From: an uncultured Eubacteriales bacterium
GTDB taxonomy: Bacteria > Acidobacteriota > Aminicenantia > Aminicenantales > Saccharicenantaceae
DNA length: 36,574 nucleotides
Assembly: GCA_964541055.1 (NCBI GenBank)
Contig: CAZIQR010000003.1
Location: 1-36,574 of the forward strand
Direction: 5' to 3'
Below, piece after piece: positions 25,957-33,095 of this stretch (the stretch's first letter is position 1; the number at the start of each line of letters is the position of its first letter). A program made the translations under genes and the position numbers. The notes beneath the pieces were generated by a model. That model saw only the letters and a list, made by a program, of their open reading frames with translations, did no database searches and was not told where the DNA came from.

Positions 25957-27477
25957 TCTTTTCCCGCCGAGGATCGAGCCTAGGACGCCGCGCAGGATCT
26001 GGCGGCCGAGGCTGCTGCCGACCGAGCGGGCGGCGCTTTTGGCCATGGCCTCGATCAGCGTGTCGCGGGACCGGCCGGCCGGCCGGCGGGGGGCCTGGGG
26101 ATAAGACGGCCGTCCCGGAGGCGGCGGGTAGCCATAGGGGGCCTGCCGGGCTTGCGCTTCGGTCTGCGCCTTGGCCTCGGCTTCGGCGGCGGCCTTTTCG
26201 GCCCGGCCCTTCAGCATCTCGTAGGCCGATTCCCGGTCGACGGCCTTCTCGTAATGCCCGTAGAGGACCGAGCCCTGGATGAGGGCCTGGCGTTCGGCCG
26301 GAGTGATCGGCCCGATGCGGCTCATCGGCGGCAGGACGAAGGCCCGCTCGACGATCCCCGGGTAGCCCTTCTCGTCGAGGAACGAGACCAGGGCCTCGCC
26401 GGTGCCGAGCTGGGTGATCTCGGTCGCGACATCGATCTTGGGGTTCTGGCGGAACGTCTCGGCCGCCGAACGGACCGCCTTCTGGTCCCTCGGCGAGAAG
26501 GCCCGCAGGGCATGCTGGACGCGGTTGCCGAGCTGGCCGAGGATGACGTCCGGGATATCGATCGGGTTCTGGGTGACGAAATAGATGCCGACGCCCTTGG
26601 AGCGGATGAGGCGGACGACCTGCTCGATCTTCTCGAGCAGGACCTGGGGGGCCTCGTTGAACAGCAGGTGGGCCTCGTCGAAGAAGAAGACGAGGCGCGG
26701 CTTCTCCAGATCGCCGACCTCGGGCAGCCGCTCGAAGAGCTCGGCCATGAGCCACAGCAGGAAGGTCGAATAGGCCCGGGGCGTGAGCATGAGCTTGTCG
26801 GCGGCCAGAACGTTGATCAGACCCCGGCCCCGGCCGTCGGTCTGCATGAGATCGTCGAGGTTGAGCCCGGGCTCGCCGAAGAACTTGTCCGCGCCCTGGT
26901 CCTCGAGGGTCATGAGTCCGCGCTGGATGGTGCCGATGCTGGCCGGCGAGATGCGGCCGTATTCGGTCTCGAACTCGTCGGCGTGGTCGCCGGCGTATTG
27001 GGCCATGGCCCGGAGGTCCTTGAAATCGAGCAGATGGAGCCCGTTGTCGTCGGCGATGCGGAAAACGAGCGTCAGGACGCCGCTCTGGACGTCGTTGAGG
27101 TTGAGCAGGCGCGAGAAGAGCAGGGGGCCCATGTCCGAGACGGTCGTCCGGACCGGATGGCCCTGCTCGCCGAAGATGTCCCAGCAGGTCACGGGGCCGC
27201 CTTCCATCGGGTAGTCGCCGAGCTTGAGCTTGACGATGCGCTCCTGGACCTTCGGGTTCTCGGCCCGCGGCTGGCTCAGGCCGGCCAGGTCGCTCTTGAC
27301 GTCGGCCATGAAGACCGGGACGCCGATGCGGCTGAAGCGCTCGGCCATGACCTGGAGCGTGACCGTCTTGCCGGTGCCGGTCGCCCCGGCGACGAGGCCG
27401 TGGCGGTTGGCCATCCGGGGCAGAAGCAGAAGGTCTTTGTCGGCGCTTTTGGCGATCAAGAGGCCTTCGAGTGACAT
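25954..27477 (-). CDS. DUF853 / HerA-like P-loop ATPase (YjgR family)
   Basis: Walker A GATGTGKT near the N-terminus, Walker B-like [12 protein letters not shown], and a characteristic C-terminal tail ...[23 protein letters not shown]. Strong SD AAGGAGGGG upstream. Confidence 0.85.
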   Translation of the reverse strand: MSLEGLLIAKSADKDLLLLPRMANRHGLVAGATGTGKTVTLQVMAERFSRIGVPVFMADVKSDLAGLSQPRAENPKVQERIVKLKLGDYPMEGGPVTCWDIFGEQGHPVRTTVSDMGPLLFSRLLNLNDVQSGVLTLVFRIADDNGLHLLDFKDLRAMAQYAGDHADEFETEYGRISPASIGTIQRGLMTLEDQGADKFFGEPGLNLDDLMQTDGRGRGLINVLAADKLMLTPRAYSTFLLWLMAELFERLPEVGDLEKPRLVFFFDEAHLLFNEAPQVLLEKIEQVVRLIRSKGVGIYFVTQNPIDIPDVILGQLGNRVQHALRAFSPRDQKAVRSAAETFRQNPKIDVATEITQLGTGEALVSFLDEKGYPGIVERAFVLPPMSRIGPITPAERQALIQGSVLYGHYEKAVDRESAYEMLKGRAEKAAAEAEAKAQTEAQARQAPYGYPPPPGRPSYPQAPRRPAGRSRDTLIEAMAKSAARSVGSSLGRQILRGVLGSILGGKR

Positions 27478-27512
27478 GTCCCCTCCTTCGAGCCGGGTCG
27501 GGGCCCGGTTCT

Positions 27513-28271
27513 CTACCAGCTCAGACTTTCGCGGAACAGACCGCTGACGGTTCTCTGCAACTCGGCCCGGAACGACTCCACCGTCGCGGCTTCATCGCCG
27601 GTCCAATGGTCCTTGACGAACAGGGGCCGGCCGACGTTGACCTTGATGGTCCCCGGGACGCCCCACATGAGATGCGTGCCAAAGAGGGACATCGGCGTCA
27701 CGGGCACGGACAGCCCCTCTCCTCTATAGAGGTTGTAGGCCATGATGGAGACGCCGCGACGGAACTCCTTGACATAGGGATTGGGGTCCTTGGGGAAGAC
27801 ACGCCCCCGCCCCTGGAGGGCGATGACGGCCCGCCCCTTCCGGAGGTAGTCCTGGCATCTCAAGATGGAGGCCCGTTTGCTGCCGTAGATATCGACCGGG
27901 ATGGTCCCGATCCGGGCGATGTGCCCGGATATGAAAAAGACCAGGAAGGTGTAGACCGGATTCAAGAGGACGTGGATGAAGCCGCCGAACTTCCCCATGT
28001 GGCGGTGGAGGTGTCGCAGCACGAGCTTGGAGGCCCCCTCGCGGGTGAAGATCATCTGGTTGGCGGTGAAATAGATCATGCGGGGCACGCGCCGGAGCAG
28101 GACGGACACGTCCTTGTAGCTGCCGATATGGTTGCCGACGATGATATTGGGCCCCTCGCGGACGAAGTGCTCGCCGCCGCGCAGGTCGATTCTCTTGGGC
28201 AGCAGGAAGAACCGGGTGGCCCGGTCGATGAACGGCCGGATGTACTCGAATTCCTCTTCAAAGCTGGCCAT
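27513..28271 (-). CDS. Lysophospholipid (PlsC-like) acyltransferase family protein, divergent
   Basis: 252 aa. [15 protein letters not shown] resembles acyltransferase motif I, but the H-to-D spacing is 5 residues rather than 4. No canonical FPEGTR motif was seen. The functional call is tentative. Confidence 0.5.
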   Translation of the reverse strand: MASFEEEFEYIRPFIDRATRFFLLPKRIDLRGGEHFVREGPNIIVGNHIGSYKDVSVLLRRVPRMIYFTANQMIFTREGASKLVLRHLHRHMGKFGGFIHVLLNPVYTFLVFFISGHIARIGTIPVDIYGSKRASILRCQDYLRKGRAVIALQGRGRVFPKDPNPYVKEFRRGVSIMAYNLYRGEGLSVPVTPMSLFGTHLMWGVPGTIKVNVGRPLFVKDHWTGDEAATVESFRAELQRTVSGLFRESLSW

Positions 28272-28283
28272 GGCGCGAAGGCT

Positions 28284-28312
28284 ATTTTACCGAATCGGAA
28301 CCGGGATTTCAA
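28284..28312 (-). promoter_or_regulatory. Sigma-70-type promoter TTGAAA-17-TAAAAT for the acyltransferase/DUF853 genes
   Basis: On the - strand: TTGAAA (28312-28307), a 17-nt spacer, TAAAAT (28289-28284). Twelve nt separate the -10 from ATG 28271, with no SD. Confidence 0.55.
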
Positions 28313-28337
28313 AGCGCCGCGGCCGGACGGGGGCGGC

Positions 28338-28366
28338 TTGCGAAGGCCGGACAGCCGTGCTAATTT
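28338..28366 (+). promoter_or_regulatory. Sigma-70-type promoter TTGCGA-17-(TGc)TAATTT for iadA
   Basis: TTGCGA 28338-28343, a 17-nt spacer ending in TGC, TAATTT 28361-28366. The SD GAGGAGG and ATG 28396 follow. Confidence 0.55.
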
Positions 28367-28395
28367 AGGACTTTCAACCGGTCGAGGAGGCGCCC

Positions 28396-29565
28396 ATGAT
28401 CACACTCATCCGCGGCGGCGAGGTTTTCGCCCCGGAGCCGCTCGGCCGCAAGGACATCCTGCTCGCCGGCGGCCGGATCGAGGCCGTGGCCGAGCCGGGA
28501 AGCCTCGGCCTCGACGGCCTGGCGGCGGAGGCCGTGGACGCCGGCGGGCGTTCTGTCCTGCCGGGGCTCGTCGATCCCCACGTCCACATCTTGGGCGGCG
28601 GCGGCGAGGGCGGCCCGGCCACGCGGGCGCCCGAGATCCGGATCGAGGACATCGTCGCGGCTGGGGTCACGACCGTCGTCGGCTGCCTCGGGACCGACGG
28701 CATCACCCGCCACATGACCTCGCTCCTGGCCAAGGCCCGGGCCCTCGAGATCGAGGGCGTTTCGACCTTCATCTTCTCTGGTTCCTACGACGTCCCGCCG
28801 CGGACGCTGACCGGCAGCGTCCGTTCCGACCTCGTCCTCATCGACAAGGTCGTCGGCGCCGGCGAGATCGCCGTGAGCGACCACCGCTCATCCCAGCCCA
28901 CGTTCGACGAGATCGCCCGGCTCGCGGCCGAGTGCCGGGTCGGCGGCATGCTCGGCGGCAAGGCCGGCATCCTCCACCTCCATCTCGGGGACGGCCGGCG
29001 CGGCCTCGAGTGCCTCTTCCGGCTCATCCACGAGACCGAGATCCCGGTGACCCAGGTCATCCCGACGCACATCAGCCGCAACCGGGCCCTCTTCGACCAG
29101 GGCCTCGATTGGGTCGAGGCCGGAGGGGCCGTCGACGTCACCGTCGGGCCCGACCCGGCCCGCGGCGATCCCGACGTCGGCTTCGAGGAGGTCCTGGCGG
29201 CCTTCGGGCACAAGGGGCTTCCGCTCACCCGGCTTACGGCGAGCTCCGACGGCAACGGCAGCATGCCCGTCTTCGACGCGACCGGCCGGCTGGAGCGCCT
29301 GACCATCGCCTCGGAGAAGGACCTTCTGCGGAAGCTGCGGGAGATCGTCGCGAAGGGCCTCGTGACCGTGGAGACGGCGGCCCGGATCTTCGCGACCAAC
29401 GCCGCCGATCTCTACAAGCTCGAGGGGAAGGGCCGGATCGAGCCGGGCCGGGACGCCGACCTGATCCTGCTCGACGCCGGCTACGGCCTCACTGATGTCT
29501 TTGCCCGCGGTCGGCACATGATGGCCGCGGGCCGGCTGCTGGCCCGGGGCACGTTCAGCGCCTGA
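28396..29565 (+). CDS. iadA: Isoaspartyl (beta-aspartyl) dipeptidase
   Basis: LIRGGEVFAPEP...LLAGGRI, then DPHVHILGGGGEGGPATRAPE (amidohydrolase HxH plus the IadA-type glycine run). 389 aa. SD GAGGAGG at 28384-28390. Confidence 0.85.
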   Translation: MITLIRGGEVFAPEPLGRKDILLAGGRIEAVAEPGSLGLDGLAAEAVDAGGRSVLPGLVDPHVHILGGGGEGGPATRAPEIRIEDIVAAGVTTVVGCLGTDGITRHMTSLLAKARALEIEGVSTFIFSGSYDVPPRTLTGSVRSDLVLIDKVVGAGEIAVSDHRSSQPTFDEIARLAAECRVGGMLGGKAGILHLHLGDGRRGLECLFRLIHETEIPVTQVIPTHISRNRALFDQGLDWVEAGGAVDVTVGPDPARGDPDVGFEEVLAAFGHKGLPLTRLTASSDGNGSMPVFDATGRLERLTIASEKDLLRKLREIVAKGLVTVETAARIFATNAADLYKLEGKGRIEPGRDADLILLDAGYGLTDVFARGRHMMAAGRLLARGTFSA

Positions 29566-29625
29566 AAAGGCCGCCCTTGAGCGCTTCGGGGGATCGTCCC
29601 TTTTCGCCAATGGAGGAGTTGACCG

Positions 29626-31092
29626 ATGTCTGAGATAGCCTCTCCGGCTCCCACACCAGCCCCTGCGGCCGTCCCGCAAGCTCCCCCCGCGGCTTCCGGC
29701 CGCCGCCCCTCGTTCGGCGTGGCCCTCATCCCGCTCATCGCCATGGCCCTCCTGCTCGGCGTCGGTTACGGCATCTACCGGATCAAGGCCCAGGTCCTCC
29801 TCATCGCCGCCGCCACGCTCACCGCTGTCCTGGGCCTCGCCCTCGGTTTTAAATGGCGGGACATGGAGCGGGGCATCGTCGAGAGCATCCACAAGGCCAT
29901 GCCGGCCATCCTCATCATGCTCTCGGTCGGCGTCCTGGTCGGCTCTTGGATGGCGAGCGGCACCATCCCCATGGTCATCTATTACGGCCTCAAGCTCATC
30001 TCGCCCAAGTTCTTCCTGGCCACGGCCTGCCTCGTCTGCTCGGTCGTGGCCGTCGCCTCGGGCACATCGTGGGGCACGGTCGGCACGGTCGGGGTGGCCT
30101 TCATCGGCATCGCCACGGGCCTCGGCATCCCGCTCGGCCCGGCCGCAGGGGCCATCGTCGCCGGGGCCTATTTCGGCGACAAGATGTCGCCCCTCTCGGA
30201 CATCCCCAACCTGGCCACGGTCATCTCCGGCTCGAACCTCTTCGACCACATCAAGCACATGGTCTGGTCGGCGGGTCCGGCCTGGCTGGCCGGCTTGGCC
30301 ATTTATGTCGTCGCCGGCCTGAAATACGGGACGACGGCCGTCCGCTCCGACACGCTGGACCTCATCCTGACGACGCTCAGGAGCGACTTCCACTTCAACC
30401 TGCTCCTGCTCCTGCCCATGGCCGTGATCTTCTATTTCGCCGTCGCCAAGAAGCCGACCATCCCGGCCATGATCCTTTCGTCGCTCGTGGCCGCGGTCCT
30501 GGCCGTGACCGTCCAGAGGCTCCCGCTGACCGTCGTCGCCGCGGCCATGAACGCCGGTCTCCCGGCTCGGACGGGCGTCCCTCTCGTCGACCAGCTCCTG
30601 GCCAAGGGCGGGATGATGAGCATGATGGAGACGCAGCTCATCGCCTTCACCGCCTTCGCCTACGGCGGCATCATGCAGACGACCGGCTGTCTGGCTGCGG
30701 TCCTCGACAGGGTCATGCGCTTCACGCGCCGGGTCTGGAGCCTGGTGCTGACGACGGTCGGCGCGGCCGTCCTCTCGGCCCTGATCACCGGCAGCTCCTA
30801 CCTCTCGATGATCCTGCCGGCCGACCTGCTGGCGCCGGTCTACAGGAGGAAGAACCTGGCCGCCAAGAACCTGTCGCGCCTGATCGAAGAGAGCGGCGGC
30901 ATCATCGTGCCCCTGATCCCCTGGAGCATGGCCGGTGTCTACATCACCGGGACGCTGGGCGTGTCGACCTTCTCCTATCTGCCCTGGGCTTTCATGAACT
31001 ATCTCTCGGTCGGAGTGCTCGTCCTTTTCGGTTTCACGGGCTGGACGATGGCCCCGCGCAAACGGGAGGACGAGACGCAGGCCGGGAGCTAA
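29626..31092 (+). CDS. NhaC-family transporter (Na+/H+ antiporter family; substrate unknown)
   Basis: 488-aa polytopic protein. Its length and segments such as GTSWGTVGTVGVAFIGIA and GAYFGDKMSPLSD are typical of NhaC-family carriers. SD GGAGG upstream. Confidence 0.8.
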   Translation: MSEIASPAPTPAPAAVPQAPPAASGRRPSFGVALIPLIAMALLLGVGYGIYRIKAQVLLIAAATLTAVLGLALGFKWRDMERGIVESIHKAMPAILIMLSVGVLVGSWMASGTIPMVIYYGLKLISPKFFLATACLVCSVVAVASGTSWGTVGTVGVAFIGIATGLGIPLGPAAGAIVAGAYFGDKMSPLSDIPNLATVISGSNLFDHIKHMVWSAGPAWLAGLAIYVVAGLKYGTTAVRSDTLDLILTTLRSDFHFNLLLLLPMAVIFYFAVAKKPTIPAMILSSLVAAVLAVTVQRLPLTVVAAAMNAGLPARTGVPLVDQLLAKGGMMSMMETQLIAFTAFAYGGIMQTTGCLAAVLDRVMRFTRRVWSLVLTTVGAAVLSALITGSSYLSMILPADLLAPVYRRKNLAAKNLSRLIEESGGIIVPLIPWSMAGVYITGTLGVSTFSYLPWAFMNYLSVGVLVLFGFTGWTMAPRKREDETQAGS

Positions 31093-31379
31093 GAGCCTTC
31101 TTCGTCCTCGCCTTTTTCCGCTTTCTCCAGGGCCTTCTTGAAGAGCTCGTCGGCCTTGGAGTGTTTCTCTTTTTGGAGCTCGAACGTGGCGTCGAACTTG
31201 CGGTCGAATTCGCTCTGGCGCTTGTGCTCCTGGACGAGCATCTCGTCAAGCGAGCCCTTGGCCTTCTTGGCCTTCTCGGAGCGGAGCACGGCCCGGGTCC
31301 CCCCGTCGATCCACAGGGTGGCGTTGCAGCAGGGACAGACGATCGAAAAGACGTGAGGATTGTCCTTGGTTTCGGCCAT
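31089..31379 (-). CDS. Small hypothetical protein with CPCC motif and Lys/Glu-rich helical tail
   Basis: 96 aa: MAETKDNPHVFSIVCPCCNATLWIDGG..., then a charged tail. It is noticeably less GC-rich than its neighbours. The ATG at 31379 lies 6 nt after a -10-like TACATT, so the mRNA is predicted to be leaderless. The track's longer form starts at a TTG inside the -35 box. Confidence 0.55.
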   Translation of the reverse strand: MAETKDNPHVFSIVCPCCNATLWIDGGTRAVLRSEKAKKAKGSLDEMLVQEHKRQSEFDRKFDATFELQKEKHSKADELFKKALEKAEKGEDEEGS

Positions 31380-31385
31380 GCGTCG

Positions 31386-31415
31386 AATGTAGCATAACGG
31401 CCCCAGTCTCCGCAA
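31386..31415 (-). promoter_or_regulatory. Sigma-70-type promoter TTGCGG-18-(TGc)TACATT for the small CPCC protein (leaderless)
   Basis: On the - strand: TTGCGG (31415-31410), an 18-nt spacer ending in TGC, TACATT (31391-31386), then 6 nt and ATG 31379. Confidence 0.5.
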
Positions 31416-31469
31416 AGGACCGGGCTCGTCCCGTCTTCGCCTCCTTGACGCCCCGGGGCCCGGCCGGCC

Positions 31470-32924
31470 TCACGGCCCGGCGGCCGGCTTGGGCTTCTCC
31501 GCGAGGCCGTGCTTTTTCAGCAGCTTGAACAGTCCCTGCCGCGTCAGCCCGACCTCGGCCGCCGTCCGCGTCCGGTGATAGCGGCAGCGGGCGAGGGCCT
31601 CCCGAAGGAAGCGGCGCTCGAAATCGGCCTTGGCCGCGGCCAGCTTGTGCGACGCCTGCGAATACGTCTCCCCGGCCGGATTGATCTTGGGCGAGAGATG
31701 GTCCTCGAGGATGAGCGGCCCGCCGCCGGCCATGACGAGGCAGCGCTGGACCTCGTTCTGGAGCTCACGGACGTTGCCGGGCCAGGGATAGCGGAGCAGC
31801 ATCTCCAACGCCACGGGGGAGACGAACGGCCGCGGCCGCCCCATCGAGCGGGAGAATTCGTCCAGGAAATGGTCGAGAAGGAGCTCGGCGTCCTCGGGCC
31901 TCTCGCGGAGCGGGGGCAGGTCGATGGCGATGATCTTCAGCCGGTAGTAGAGGTCCTGCCGGAAGCGGGCCCGCTCGACCTCGCGCTCGAGGTCCTTGTT
32001 CGTGGCGCTGACGAAGCGGACGTCGACCGGCCGCGGCCGGGTCTCCCCCACGCGCCGGATCTTCCGCTCTTCGAGGACGCGGAGGAGCTTGGACTGCAGG
32101 GCCAGCGGCAGGTCGCCGATCTCGTCCAGAAAGAAGGTGCCCCCGGACGCCTCCTCGACGAGCCCGGACTTGTCGCGGAAGGCGCCGGTGAACGAGCCGC
32201 GGGCGTGGCCGAAGAGCTCGCTCTCGAGCAGGGCCTCCGGGATGGCCGCGCAATTGACGGCGACGAACGGCCCGCCCCGGCGGCGGCCGGTCTCGTGGAT
32301 GGTCCGGGCGGCCAGCTCCTTGCCCGTGCCGCTCTCGCCGGAGATGAAGACGGGGGCATCCGTGTCGCGGACCCGTTCGATCATGGAGCGCACGGCGCGG
32401 ACGGAGGGCGCCTCGCCGAGAAAGGCCCCTGTCCCGTCCGCCCCGCTCTCCGCGCCGCGCCGGGGCGGCCGCGGGCGCCCGAGGTCGCCGTTCCTGCCGA
32501 GGAGATAGATGACCGGGGCCAGGGTCAGGGTCAGGAACTCGAGGTGATCGGGCTCGAAGGGCCGTCTTGCGCCGCTCCGGGCGAGGAGCACGAGGCCCGA
32601 GGGACGGTCCCGGAAAGACCAGGGATAGGCGACGACGCTCCGGGGGCCGTGTCCGTCGCCGCCGAGCTCGAGATCGGCGAAAAGCGGGTCGAGGCGAAGG
32701 TCGCGGACGAGGACGGGACGCCCGATCTCGAAGGCCCGACCGGCCAGGACCCCGCCGGCCCCGTCATCGAGCCCCCGGACGGACTCGAAGACGGGCTCGC
32801 CCTTGGCGTCATAGGCGCGAAAGAGGGCCAGGTCGGATTCGACGTGATCGAAGACGGCCGCGGCGAAATGTGACAGGCCTTGGCGGGTCATGGAGTTGAC
32901 TTTGGCCGGTTTCCCGGCCCTCAC
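31470..32924 (-). CDS. Sigma-54-dependent transcriptional activator (GAF - AAA+ - Fis-type HTH)
   Basis: Walker A GESGTGKE, sigma-54 contact loop GSFTGA, ESELFGH, Walker B FFLDEIGD, C-terminal HTH TAAEVGLTRQGLFKLLKKHGL, and a GAF-like N-terminus. The start is uncertain: GTG 32924 or ATG 32891, and neither has a good SD. Confidence 0.9.
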   Translation of the reverse strand: MRAGKPAKVNSMTRQGLSHFAAAVFDHVESDLALFRAYDAKGEPVFESVRGLDDGAGGVLAGRAFEIGRPVLVRDLRLDPLFADLELGGDGHGPRSVVAYPWSFRDRPSGLVLLARSGARRPFEPDHLEFLTLTLAPVIYLLGRNGDLGRPRPPRRGAESGADGTGAFLGEAPSVRAVRSMIERVRDTDAPVFISGESGTGKELAARTIHETGRRRGGPFVAVNCAAIPEALLESELFGHARGSFTGAFRDKSGLVEEASGGTFFLDEIGDLPLALQSKLLRVLEERKIRRVGETRPRPVDVRFVSATNKDLEREVERARFRQDLYYRLKIIAIDLPPLRERPEDAELLLDHFLDEFSRSMGRPRPFVSPVALEMLLRYPWPGNVRELQNEVQRCLVMAGGGPLILEDHLSPKINPAGETYSQASHKLAAAKADFERRFLREALARCRYHRTRTAAEVGLTRQGLFKLLKKHGLAEKPKPAAGP

Positions 32925-32934
32925 TAGAGCGACG

Positions 32935-32950
32935 ATCCGGGACGCCGGAT
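32935..32950. promoter_or_regulatory. Perfect palindrome ATCCGG-N4-CCGGAT upstream of the sigma-54 activator gene
   Basis: ATCCGG 32935-32940 and CCGGAT 32945-32950. It lies between an extended -10-like TGAGAAAAT (- strand) and the candidate start codons. Confidence 0.3.
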
Positions 32951-33040
32951 TTTCTCATTGCGAGGATTACGCCTGCTATTGCGCCCCGATGTTCTACGGG
33001 CTTTTCCCCTTCGGGCCCGGCGGGGAGCGAAGGGACCGGG

Positions 33041-33076
33041 TTTGCGCAAAACGGAAGACCTGCCGTTTTGCGTAAA
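33041..33076 (-). terminator. Stem-loop downstream of the BNR-glycosidase gene (possible terminator without U-tract)
   Basis: CGCAAAACGG (33045-33054) pairs perfectly with CCGTTTTGCG (33063-33072) around an 8-nt loop. Flanking TTT/AAA bases extend it to about a 14-bp stem with one mismatch or wobble. It begins ~20 nt after the stop at 33096, and no T-run follows. Confidence 0.4.
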
Positions 33077-33095
33077 TCAGGTCCCTTCTGAAGTC

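Noticed and set aside
31391-31405. Sigma-54-like sequence TGGGGCCGTTATGCT on the - strand, upstream of the small CPCC gene.
   Set aside because: The GG-to-GC spacing is 9-11 nt instead of the required 12, and the -24 box is not TGGCAC-like. The same bases are better explained as the spacer and -10 of a sigma-70-type promoter.
31450-31459. GC palindrome GCCCCGGGGC just downstream of the activator stop, considered as a terminator.
   Set aside because: A 10-bp palindrome with no loop cannot form a meaningful hairpin, and no U-run follows. Such GC palindromes are expected by chance in this composition.
32890-33075. A 61-aa + strand ORF in the intergenic region between the BNR-glycosidase and activator genes.
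   Set aside because: It has no SD, no promoter on that strand and an odd Cys/Phe-rich composition. It overlaps the start region of the activator gene and the terminator-like hairpin, so it is probably non-coding.
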